From: Cyanobacteriota bacterium | Lineage (GTDB): Bacteria > Cyanobacteriota > Cyanobacteriia > Thermostichales > Thermostichaceae | DNA length: 64,000 nt | Direction: 5' to 3' | NCBI GenBank assembly: GCA_033764955.1 | Contig: JANRIL010000045.1 | Coordinates: 1-64,000 of the forward strand | Shown here: piece after piece, positions 43,838 to 52,644 of the stretch | Layout: each line of letters begins with the position of its first letter | Position numbering within the stretch: position 1 is the stretch's first letter | Made by a program: the position numbers and the translations under genes | The notes under the pieces: generated by a model | Told to the model about the DNA's origin: nothing | The model's input: only the letters and a program-made list of their open reading frames with translations | The model's database searches: none

Positions 43838-44088
43838 CGACTTCCCTCCCTGAGGATTAGCAACAGTGAGCCAGCAATCACCGCGATGGCCGCTGAAGCG
43901 ATCAGCGTGTTGGCACGGTTGGCGGTATCGCGGCTGAACTCAAAGAACCGTTCATCCCACCGCTTTACCTCTGTTTGCAGTTCTTGACGGCTGGATGCCA
44001 TGTCCGAGCGGATCCCTTGGAGTTCAGTATCCATCCGCTCTACAACTGCCAGCACATCCACCAACGTTGGTTCACGGGATCCTGTCAT
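43834..44088 (-). CDS. Small coiled-coil protein with C-terminal TM helix
   Basis: EVKRWDERFF..LIASAAIAVIAGSLLLIL; ATGA overlaps on both sides. Confidence 0.65.
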   Translation of the reverse strand: MTGSREPTLVDVLAVVERMDTELQGIRSDMASSRQELQTEVKRWDERFFEFSRDTANRANTLIASAAIAVIAGSLLLILREGSR

Positions 44089-44294
44089 GCTGTCTCCTCC
44101 TTAGTTGCTTTGATCAGTCCTTTATCTTTGGCTCGCTCGATATCTTCAATAATCAGCTTCAAGACATAGTTGCTGATTGTTCTGTGATCTGACTCTGCCA
44201 AAGCCTCCAGATGTTCTTTCACATCTGGGGGGATCACGAACGAGACTCTGGGATTCTTGGCTGGCACTGCAATACGTTTAAGTGTTGCTATCAT
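44085..44294 (-). CDS. Ribbon-helix-helix (CopG/Arc-like) regulator
   Basis: PRVSFVIPPDVKEHLEALAESDHRTISNYVLKLI. Confidence 0.8.
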   Translation of the reverse strand: MIATLKRIAVPAKNPRVSFVIPPDVKEHLEALAESDHRTISNYVLKLIIEDIERAKDKGLIKATKEETA

Positions 44295-44324
44295 TCTCAC
44301 CTTTTTTAGCGGATTGTCATTAAC

Positions 44325-44388
44325 AGTATGCACCGTACAAAAATAATATGCAAGGTGCTTGACGTTTAGAGTATGCACGGTGCATACT
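44325..44388. promoter_or_regulatory. Three operator-like TATGCA-N-GTGCA boxes overlapping a putative promoter between divergent genes
   Basis: Perfect palindrome AGTATGCAC-G-GTGCATACT (44370-88), variants at 44325 and 44347, TTGACG at 44359. Confidence 0.65.
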
Positions 44389-44498
44389 AAAAGGCATGGA
44401 AGCAAACGGGGTAGAGCACAAGGCGGCAACGCTAGGTAAAGCCCCCGGCCTGAGAGAGGTTAACTGCTTGCATCTGCAACCATTACTGGAGACTGACG

Positions 44499-44843
44499 AT
44501 GATTGCCAAGTTAATCAAGATGGCTGACGGAGTGGTAATGGCAAAGCCTAGCCCCAATGTGCGGGTTCTCTGGCATCACAACAGTGGTGAAGAACATGTG
44601 GTGGCTTACCTGGGATTTAACGATGCTGATCACGCGCAGCACTGTTACCGCTGGATTGCGGCTAACTTCGGAGCTTACGACCGCAAGACTAACGCTGGGG
44701 TTTGCAAACCCCGCAAGGCTGAGCGGGTGGATAGCTGCCCATTGGAAATCAAGTGGCATTGCCCGGATTGTCCTATCACACAACACAAGATGGTCGAGTT
44801 AGTTTCCATTAATTCCACTTCTCCGAAGAAAAGCGAGCTATAG
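44499..44843 (+). CDS. Hypothetical mobile-element protein whose 3' end is the terminal CRISPR repeat
   Basis: Open frame reading into the repeat (..MVELVSINSTSPKKSEL*). Confidence 0.55.
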   Translation: MIAKLIKMADGVVMAKPSPNVRVLWHHNSGEEHVVAYLGFNDADHAQHCYRWIAANFGAYDRKTNAGVCKPRKAERVDSCPLEIKWHCPDCPITQHKMVELVSINSTSPKKSEL

Positions 44844-45575
44844 CCAGTTTTCGCTGAACGGCTCAACCAAAGTTTCCATTAATTCCACTTCTCCGAAGAA
44901 AAGCGAGCTCCAAGCCGCAATAGCACTATCCTCAGACCCTGTTTGGAGAGTTTCCATTAATTCCACTTCTCCGAAGAAAAGCGAGTAGACAAGTAGAACA
45001 GATGAGTCTAGAGCAAGCTAAGCAGTTTCCATTAATTCCACTTCTCCGAAGAAAAGCGAGGATAGCGGACCATTTCCACCGATGCCGCGAGCAAAGTTTC
45101 CATTAATTCCACTTCTCCGAAGAAAAGCGAGTTAGGGCTTGTCAGGCGCTAGGGAAGCCCGTAAAAGGTTTCCATTAATTCCACTTCTCCGAAGAAAAGC
45201 GAGCAACTTAATTAGCTCTAATCCCACAGAATGTTTAGTGTTGTTTCCATTAATTCCACTTCTCCGAAGAAAAGCGAGCAAAAAATTGTCAAGCAGTGCC
45301 AAGAGGAAGGAATTGTTTCCATTAATTCCACTTCTCCGAAGAAAAGCGAGGTCTACTAATTAAACAACCACAGCTTGCTGAGCACTGTGATGTTTCCATT
45401 AATTCCACTTCTCCGAAGAAAAGCGAGCCCTGCTTGATTTGAAGCGGGACGCCATTTCTGCCCTCAAGGTTTCCATTAATTCCACTTCTCCGAAGAAAAG
45501 CGAGTACGGTATATCTCAGGCGATCGCCGCCGAGACTGAGTTTCCATTAATTCCACTTCTCCGAAGAAAAGCGAG
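44802..45575 (-). CRISPR. CRISPR array: 11 identical 36-nt repeats, 10 spacers (34-42 nt)
   Basis: Plus-strand repeat GTTTCCATTAATTCCACTTCTCCGAAGAAAAGCGAG at 44802, 44872, 44950, 45025, 45096, 45168, 45243, 45315, 45392, 45469, 45540; the minus strand ends GAAAC. Confidence 0.98.
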
Positions 45576-45765
45576 TCCCCTGAATTCTAGCCTGCTCCCA
45601 GAGCCGGATCCAGGGTTGTCGATCGACAGGGTCTTGCCATAGGGTGCTAATCCCTCGCGATTTTTCCCTGCCCATGCGCCTAAAACCCTTACCCCACAAG
45701 CGATCGACCGGGTCAACCTGAGAATCAGGGTTTGGGGTCTGTCGAAGACCCGATTGCTCAAATCA
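45576..45765 (-). promoter_or_regulatory. CRISPR leader
   Basis: Non-coding segment between the helicase stop and the first repeat, with repeated GACC..GTCGATCG motifs as in cyanobacterial leaders. Confidence 0.6.
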
Positions 45766-48700
45766 TTAATGTAGAGCATCATAGGGATCCTTTCGCCTTT
45801 GCTTGAATAGTTTGGGATCGGTTTGAGGCATAGGCTCTGACCGAAACCACTCATAGCAAATAAGTTGCACATCTTCCTGGGTAAAAAATGTCGAGTCTCG
45901 ATCGACTGAAGAAAGCTCTTGGTACAATCCCTCATCAATAAATAACTCATCCAATAAATGGATCAGATTGGAAATATCCCGATCCTGCTGGTAGATCTTC
46001 CAGAATGTTTTACAGTCTCTTTCATAGGTACGAATACCTTTAATCTGCGTCACTAAGTTAAGCACCCGTTGTTGTGCCTCCTTGGTCACCGAATCAAGCC
46101 CATTGTGATCTTCTGCCTCTGTTAAGCAAAGATAAATCCGTCTCAACCACTGAGGTAACGTGGGTCGTAAGAAAGAACTGCTCTGACGTTGATTGAGCAA
46201 AGTCAGGAGATTCTTGATCGCAGGTTGTAACACCTGAAAGATCTCACCATCAAAAGGAGCCGGTGGTAAATTATCAGGTTTTGCAAACTCTCCAGGCTGA
46301 CAATAAAGTAGCTGGAAGATCGAACCCCAGTCACTTTGAAGCTGACTGGGATCCACAGCAATCCGACCTGCCAGTCGGGGGTAGAAGTGCCAGAAGTGGC
46401 GATCTTTAACCCGAAAGGCTAAGAACAACCCCTCCTGTGGGGCTTGATAGCGAGTGCTATGAATCCCGATTGGGATCTCCTCCACCGCTTGCATCCCCGA
46501 CTGCTGAATGAACTCCAGAAGTGGGAACTTCATTTCATCCATAGAAACCAAATCTACTTTGGCCTCCAGAGCCCGTAGCACCTCATTCTGTGCGCTCGGG
46601 GATTGAGCTTCCTTCAGCAGCCGGATCTCTTCTAATGAGCGTTCTGAAATCACCTCGCCCAGCACACTGGCATCCAGACCCACCTGCTGATCGATCAACG
46701 CAATCCGCTGCTGCAACCTCTCTACTAGCCCTAACAACGACTCCAGACCTTGCTCAGGGAAGCCATTGATAATCATCAACTCCGCAAATGGGGATCCCAT
46801 TCGGTCAATGCGGCCTGCTCGCTGGATCATCCGCACCGGATTCCAATGCAGATCGTAATTGACCAGAGCAGCCGCCTCTTGGAGGTTTTGTCCCTCGGAT
46901 AATACATCTGTGCAGATGATCAGATCGATTTCCTCTTCAGGTGAGCATCCTAGTTCTTGATCCAAGAGCCGATTGAACTGGGGAGCAAATCGCCTCACCA
47001 GGGCTTCCCGCTGCCGGTTCGGAGTTTTGCCTGTGAGCAGTTCTATTCGCAGACTTCCCGAAGAATGACGGAGAGCTGCACGATTCTCTGCCATGGCCTG
47101 AAGCCACTCTGTATCCTCTAATAGCTGCTGGTACAGATAGTCGGCTGTATCTTTGAAGTAGCTAAACACAATCACCTTCTCCTGCTCCAGGCTGAGCATC
47201 ATTTGCTTGAAGGACAGCAATTTGAGATCAAAGTCTTCCCCAGCCTGTACCTCTGACTGAATACGATCTATCCCCTTGATGATCTGATTGAGCACATCCT
47301 GATCAGCTCGAATCGATCGAGCTAATTCCTCCAGGTCATAGTCCGTGGGATCCACCCTGGGTAGAGATGCCAAAACCTCTTCCACAGAATCATCCACTTC
47401 TTCTGCCTCTAGGGCGATCAAACGTCGATATCGGGATCCGTCCAGCAGGTGGCCTTGATGGAGGAGATCTAAGAATCGTTCTTGAAAGGCAGCCTGCCAA
47501 CGAATGCTGTATTCGAAAGCCTTGATCGAACTCTCCAGCCGCTTGAGATAGAGCGTTTTCATCAGGCTCGTGAGCACTTCGTTGCGCAACTGCCCTTCCG
47601 TTGGCTTAATCTGCCTCTCTCGCAGATAGTGGCCTAGGTTATAGGGAGCTAGAAAAAGCGCTTCAATGCAGGTGACCCAACGACCGTAGAGACCTTGAAA
47701 GCTATTCTCAAAGTTGTAGGTAAACTGTCCAAGGATCCGACGAGGAAAGCGGATTTCCTGACCTCCGATGATGATCTTTTCTCCCGCCTGCTGACGTTTT
47801 AAGACATCCATACGGGAACGACGCACCATGGTCTGAAACAAGAGCTCTGTGATCTGAGCCTTGCCATTATCCAAATCCTTAAAGAGTTGAAATAGATTGG
47901 GGATCCCCCAGCTACTGTAATAGCGATCATCATTGCGAGTCAGTAATAACACCTGATGATAGAGATCGAAGATTGTATTGTTGATGGGGGTAGCTGTGAG
48001 CAGTACCACCCATTTGCGACGACGTCCCCCACAAATTAGGCGTTGTAGGTTGGTATAGCGGGTGGTTAACTTATTGCGGAAGTTATGGGACTCATCCACA
48101 ATAATGATGTCGAAATAGCTGTAACGTCGGCTATCGAAATCAGGTCGTCCCATTTCCTCCTGGGACAACAAATTGGCCATCAGGCCAAATTCCCTCAACT
48201 TCGGTTCCCACACCAGGTTACGAACCTGAGCTGGGCTGATCACCAGTGCGCGAGGCACATAACCGGGTTGTCGTCGCTCCGCGAGAACATGGTCGACGAG
48301 ACGCAAGCCTATGTAGGTTTTTCCCAAACCCACAGCATCAGCAACAATGGCACCCCCATGACGTTCCAATAATTGTAGGGCTCGCTCGAACCCTTCCTGT
48401 TGAAAATCTGCAAGTTCGAGAGTTGTTGCCTGTCCCTTGACCGTCGGATTCTCCTTCGGTTGGAAAAGAGTATAAAGGCAACGCATCAGGATCTGGTGAG
48501 GAGTATAAGCTCGACTACCAAATTTGGAACGTTCCAGCTCAGCAATTAATTTGGATTTGTAATCTTTATCTACACTGGGATGATCCCAAAACTCTGTGAA
48601 CCAGGACTTGCGCATCTCCTGAGCTGCCTGGGCATCTGCGAGCAAGACATTTAACTCGGTATTGCCTTCCAACCCAGGGACAGTGAAATTGCTGGATCCC

Positions 48701-49119
48701 ACGATGCTGTAACTGGGGAATAAGTAGGCTTTAGCATGCAGAAAGGGAGTGCGTTCTCCAGTGGCTCCATACAGCCGCACATCCACATGATCTTGGTTGA
48801 GAAAAGCAATCAACCGATCAATACATTGCTTGTATTCCAATCCGAAAGTGGAGGACTCTAACTGTCCCTGAAGTTCACGGCGTAAATAGTCTTGCAGATC
48901 AATTCGATCCGGTTCAGCAGGCTTAATGGTAGGGTCCCGGCCAATCAGTAGACGAAGGTGGCTAAGTTTATTAAGGGCTCGCTCTAGCCTGATCCAAGCC
49001 TCGATACGGAAGAAGCCGGTGGCAATATCTAACTCAGTCTGTTTCTCTAAAAAGATCAGTCTCTGAATCACTGTTGCCAGCTTGTTTTTCTGGTTATCAA
49101 TGTAAGTGGGTAACGACAT
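45766..49119 (-). CDS. PLD-nuclease / SNF2-family helicase fusion
   Basis: LHAKAY..VGSSNFT (PLD HxK); ADAVGLGKT, DESH, TATPINN; SEGQNLQ..NYDLHWNPVRMIQRAGRIDR. Confidence 0.92.
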   Translation of the reverse strand: MSLPTYIDNQKNKLATVIQRLIFLEKQTELDIATGFFRIEAWIRLERALNKLSHLRLLIGRDPTIKPAEPDRIDLQDYLRRELQGQLESSTFGLEYKQCIDRLIAFLNQDHVDVRLYGATGERTPFLHAKAYLFPSYSIVGSSNFTVPGLEGNTELNVLLADAQAAQEMRKSWFTEFWDHPSVDKDYKSKLIAELERSKFGSRAYTPHQILMRCLYTLFQPKENPTVKGQATTLELADFQQEGFERALQLLERHGGAIVADAVGLGKTYIGLRLVDHVLAERRQPGYVPRALVISPAQVRNLVWEPKLREFGLMANLLSQEEMGRPDFDSRRYSYFDIIIVDESHNFRNKLTTRYTNLQRLICGGRRRKWVVLLTATPINNTIFDLYHQVLLLTRNDDRYYSSWGIPNLFQLFKDLDNGKAQITELLFQTMVRRSRMDVLKRQQAGEKIIIGGQEIRFPRRILGQFTYNFENSFQGLYGRWVTCIEALFLAPYNLGHYLRERQIKPTEGQLRNEVLTSLMKTLYLKRLESSIKAFEYSIRWQAAFQERFLDLLHQGHLLDGSRYRRLIALEAEEVDDSVEEVLASLPRVDPTDYDLEELARSIRADQDVLNQIIKGIDRIQSEVQAGEDFDLKLLSFKQMMLSLEQEKVIVFSYFKDTADYLYQQLLEDTEWLQAMAENRAALRHSSGSLRIELLTGKTPNRQREALVRRFAPQFNRLLDQELGCSPEEEIDLIICTDVLSEGQNLQEAAALVNYDLHWNPVRMIQRAGRIDRMGSPFAELMIINGFPEQGLESLLGLVERLQQRIALIDQQVGLDASVLGEVISERSLEEIRLLKEAQSPSAQNEVLRALEAKVDLVSMDEMKFPLLEFIQQSGMQAVEEIPIGIHSTRYQAPQEGLFLAFRVKDRHFWHFYPRLAGRIAVDPSQLQSDWGSIFQLLYCQPGEFAKPDNLPPAPFDGEIFQVLQPAIKNLLTLLNQRQSSSFLRPTLPQWLRRIYLCLTEAEDHNGLDSVTKEAQQRVLNLVTQIKGIRTYERDCKTFWKIYQQDRDISNLIHLLDELFIDEGLYQELSSVDRDSTFFTQEDVQLICYEWFRSEPMPQTDPKLFKQRRKDPYDALH

Positions 49120-49135
49120 ATAGAGCACCGTCCTT

Positions 49136-50485
49136 TCATATTTTGCACCGATATTTGTGCAGAGTCAGAAGCGCTTTTTTCTCGATCTGGCGCACCCGTT
49201 CCCTGGTGATATTCAGGAGACCACCGATCTCGGCCAGAGTGTGCGGGTCATTGCCGTATAACCCAAAGCGGCGGATTAGAACCTGCTGCGCCTTTGGGTT
49301 GAGTAAGGAGAGAACCTTCCGGATCCTGGCCTGAAAATCCCTCTCCTCACAGATGTCTTGCGGGGTCTGGCTTTCATCCAGGATATGATCAAGCAGGCAG
49401 CTATCCTCAAGGTTGGAAAGTGGGGCATCAAGGTACCCCATCCCCCGATTCCAGTCCAGCAATTGTTGAATTACTGCCACAGTTAATGAAGAGACCAAAG
49501 CCAGATCTTTGGCAGAAGGAGTCTGACCCATCTGCTGGGATAGCTGTTGAGCCAGCTTCTTGAGCTGAGATAATTTTTCATGGACATGTTGGGGGAGTCG
49601 GATCAGTCTCCCCTTTGTGGCCACACCCCGACTGATGGCCTGCCGGATCCACCAAGTGGCATAGGTAGACAGTCTCGCCCCCCTGGCATATTCAAACTTC
49701 TCGATCGCACAGATCAAGCCCAAGTTGCCCTCCTGGATTAGGTCTAGTAGATCGAGCCCCCTCCCTTGATATTGCTTGGCAATGGAGACAACCAGACGCA
49801 AGTTGTGGGTGATCAACTTCCCCCGAGCCTGCACAGCCTGCTTGGTATTTGGGAATACAGCTATCTGGCGAAACAGGTTTACCTCTTCTGCCTGATCCAG
49901 AAGGGGATAACGCCCGATCTTCTGCAGGTAGTCCCCCAGGTTATCTTGCAGCAGATCCCGTTGGTCTGCCCGCACAGCTTCTTTCTGCTGACTGGTCGCG
50001 TACTCCACCATCTGATGTTGGTGTTTCTGGCTAGCTAGAAGAGTCTTTTCCCCTAAAACCAAGTTGCGGATCCAGTTGAGTTCTTGGTGGGAGGGATCCT
50101 GACAATTGATCTTGAAGCTATAAGCTTTATCTGCTTTGCCACAGCTAGTCACAATCAGGCTGCGATAGCCATCAGCAGTTGCCAGCAACAGATAGGATTC
50201 TGGACGTTTCGCCAGACGTCTGGCGATCTGTTGCATCAACGATCCCATCCCTTCAGTTTTGGGGTTGACTTCAAACAGCAGCACCACCTGACGAGCGTAA
50301 CCCTGAGAGTACTCCGCCAGAATATGGGCAGCCTGCAATTTTTCTGACAAATGACACGGCAGCTCCAGCCCATCTACATCCAAGGGTTGTGCCACCAAGC
50401 CATAGCCCAGAGATCCAAACAGGTTGGCCACCTCGCTGGCGGTTTTAATTGATTGAAGGTCTTGCAGATCCAGTTGAGTCGTCAT
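49136..50485 (-). CDS. RpoD-type sigma-70 factor with an atypical ~180-aa N-terminal domain
   Basis: [62 protein letters not shown]. Confidence 0.9.
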   Translation of the reverse strand: MTTQLDLQDLQSIKTASEVANLFGSLGYGLVAQPLDVDGLELPCHLSEKLQAAHILAEYSQGYARQVVLLFEVNPKTEGMGSLMQQIARRLAKRPESYLLLATADGYRSLIVTSCGKADKAYSFKINCQDPSHQELNWIRNLVLGEKTLLASQKHQHQMVEYATSQQKEAVRADQRDLLQDNLGDYLQKIGRYPLLDQAEEVNLFRQIAVFPNTKQAVQARGKLITHNLRLVVSIAKQYQGRGLDLLDLIQEGNLGLICAIEKFEYARGARLSTYATWWIRQAISRGVATKGRLIRLPQHVHEKLSQLKKLAQQLSQQMGQTPSAKDLALVSSLTVAVIQQLLDWNRGMGYLDAPLSNLEDSCLLDHILDESQTPQDICEERDFQARIRKVLSLLNPKAQQVLIRRFGLYGNDPHTLAEIGGLLNITRERVRQIEKKALLTLHKYRCKI

Positions 50486-50637
50486 AGCCCTGCTCCCGTT
50501 GTCTGGAGCCACTCTAAGCGGGATCCCCTGTTAAACCCTGACAATAAAAAGTATTGGAGATTCTGAGTGAATGCCCTGAGAACTATTGCTAGACAAAAAT
50601 TCCAGTCGGTGAGAGAGAAGCCGAACAATACTTTCTT

Positions 50638-52641
50638 TCATGAGCTTTTCGACTCAAGATCGGCTAAGGGATCCCGGTAGAGCGCTGAGATTGCCAACCC
50701 TGTGGTTTGAATCATCTGCCGTAGAGGCTCTGGACTGATCACCAACACCTCTCCCCCAAAGCCCAGGATCCATCGCTTCAGATCAACATTCTCTAGCGAC
50801 CAGAGGGGCAAAACCACCTTGAGCCGGTGAGGGAACTGAGGATCACCGGTGGGAGGCAAGCTGAAGAGAGACTGGGGCCGTGAGGATCCCGAAATTCGGG
50901 GGGACATGTGCTGATACCTAAAGCGACGGGTGCCCTCACTGACAAAGGGAAAGATCCGGTCGCTGAACCAGAGTTCTAGGGTGAACTGCGCTTTTTGGCG
51001 TTCTTCAGGATGACGGCTGAGAATCTGGCTCTGCAGACGTGGATCATTGCCCAGAAAGATCCCAGCGCTGACATCGTAGAGCTTGTGCAGACGCTCCAGG
51101 GCCGCTAACTGTTCTTTGCGAGAGCGCTCTGCACAGTGCCGCAGGTGGAGAAAGAGCCGATCCAACCGCTCAAATCGCATCAGGCCATGCTTCTTCCCGC
51201 CGTGGTATTCGCAGCCCAAGTACCAGGCGATTTGATGAAACACCAGTTGCAGAGGCCAGAGGCGAAAGATCTCAGATGCTTCTCCAGGAAAGGTGGCTCC
51301 TGGGAGCCGTTTGACCTCCAGCAACTCTCCTTGTTCCATCGCTTCCTCGACCACCTGTAAACCCCGACGATCCGCTAGGGTGCCAGAGGGAGCTAGGGTC
51401 GGATCCACGATGGACTGATTGCCCAGTTGGCGAATGGGATAAAGCTCAGACGTATCAATGCGACTGAGGCGCATGCGCTGATCCACCATTTCGTAGACCG
51501 CCTGTTCCCAGGGGTTCTCCAGGGTATGACTGCTTACTTGCAAGAGCCGATAGATCTGTTTGAGTTCATGGCGACTGAAGAGGCCGGAGTGGGTAAAGTA
51601 CCCCCGTTTCATAGGAAATGGCGGCAGGATCTGATAGGGCTTCAAAACCTTTTCGATATCTTTACGGATGGCATCCCTGTTTTGACCTTTCACCCAGCCC
51701 TGCTGCTGAAGTCCCTCGCTTAAACTCTCCAGGCCGCCCAGTTCGGGGTCAAAGTGGAAGGGTTGGGTCAAGATCAGTCGGATGGTGTAGAACAAGCGAC
51801 GGAAGCTCTCCCAATCTGAGTAAGGATGAGTGGCAAAAGCCGTAGGACTCAGAGGTTCTGGGTAAACCAAGGGCTGATCATCCTCCCCTGAGCCTAACAG
51901 CCCTCCCTGCTTGAGCCAGGCGAGATCCTCAGTCAGCAAATCGGGAGCGGCATAGATGGATCCTTTTTCAGCGGCGATGCGGTGAGTCATCTCCTCCAGG
52001 GTGCTGCCAGGATGATGGATCAGAACTGAGAGGAGATGGAGCAAACGCTCAAAATCAAGCAACCGAGAGTATCCGTGGAGGGTGACATGTTGAGTAGCGT
52101 TCTGTCGGTTGATCAGGGTGCGGGGAATACCTTTGATATTGGTGAGAATCTGTTTTTGGGTGGGCAGGGATCCCGATAGATCTAGGGCAAGCACATCCAG
52201 AAATCCCTCAGCCGGAACAGGTGGAAAGTGTTTCAAGGACTGAGCCATCGCTTCGATAACAGCGTCTGGTACCTGTCTTGACCGTTGCTGGTTTCGTTGC
52301 TTGCAGACTTCTATTGGGGTGGTCAGATGCCATCCGATCCAGTCCAAGGTGGGGAGCTTTTGCAGCAGATCGAGTCGCCAGGAGCGGTGAGCATTGGTGG
52401 CGTCATAAATAATCGAGAGTCCTTGCTGAAGGGCTTGATTGGCTTGATTTAGGACTTGCGCTTCAATATCAGGCCAGTGCCCCTGAATAGTGGGATCCCC
52501 GTATAGGTCTTGGCGAATAGCATCGGTGGAGATGATCTGATAATCGGTCAGGGCCTCAGCCAAACAAGCAGCCAAAGTTGACTTGCCACTTGCTGGAGGC
52601 CCAATGAGCAGATGGTTAACTCGGGAAAGATCTGGAAACAT
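50638..52641 (-). CDS. P-loop kinase (AAA_33) - WYL domain regulator
   Basis: IGPPASGKST, DATN, RSRQVP kinase motifs; WPLQLVFHQIAWYLG..RFERLDR WYL; WILGFG..VISP WCX. Confidence 0.88.
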   Translation of the reverse strand: MFPDLSRVNHLLIGPPASGKSTLAACLAEALTDYQIISTDAIRQDLYGDPTIQGHWPDIEAQVLNQANQALQQGLSIIYDATNAHRSWRLDLLQKLPTLDWIGWHLTTPIEVCKQRNQQRSRQVPDAVIEAMAQSLKHFPPVPAEGFLDVLALDLSGSLPTQKQILTNIKGIPRTLINRQNATQHVTLHGYSRLLDFERLLHLLSVLIHHPGSTLEEMTHRIAAEKGSIYAAPDLLTEDLAWLKQGGLLGSGEDDQPLVYPEPLSPTAFATHPYSDWESFRRLFYTIRLILTQPFHFDPELGGLESLSEGLQQQGWVKGQNRDAIRKDIEKVLKPYQILPPFPMKRGYFTHSGLFSRHELKQIYRLLQVSSHTLENPWEQAVYEMVDQRMRLSRIDTSELYPIRQLGNQSIVDPTLAPSGTLADRRGLQVVEEAMEQGELLEVKRLPGATFPGEASEIFRLWPLQLVFHQIAWYLGCEYHGGKKHGLMRFERLDRLFLHLRHCAERSRKEQLAALERLHKLYDVSAGIFLGNDPRLQSQILSRHPEERQKAQFTLELWFSDRIFPFVSEGTRRFRYQHMSPRISGSSRPQSLFSLPPTGDPQFPHRLKVVLPLWSLENVDLKRWILGFGGEVLVISPEPLRQMIQTTGLAISALYRDPLADLESKSS

Positions 52642-52644
52642 CGG

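Noticed and set aside
44838..45539. Spacers self-targeting sequences in this window
   Set aside because: No match noticed by eye; an alignment is needed to exclude it fully
45139..45642. Short ORFs within the CRISPR array
   Set aside because: Translation artefacts of repeats and spacers
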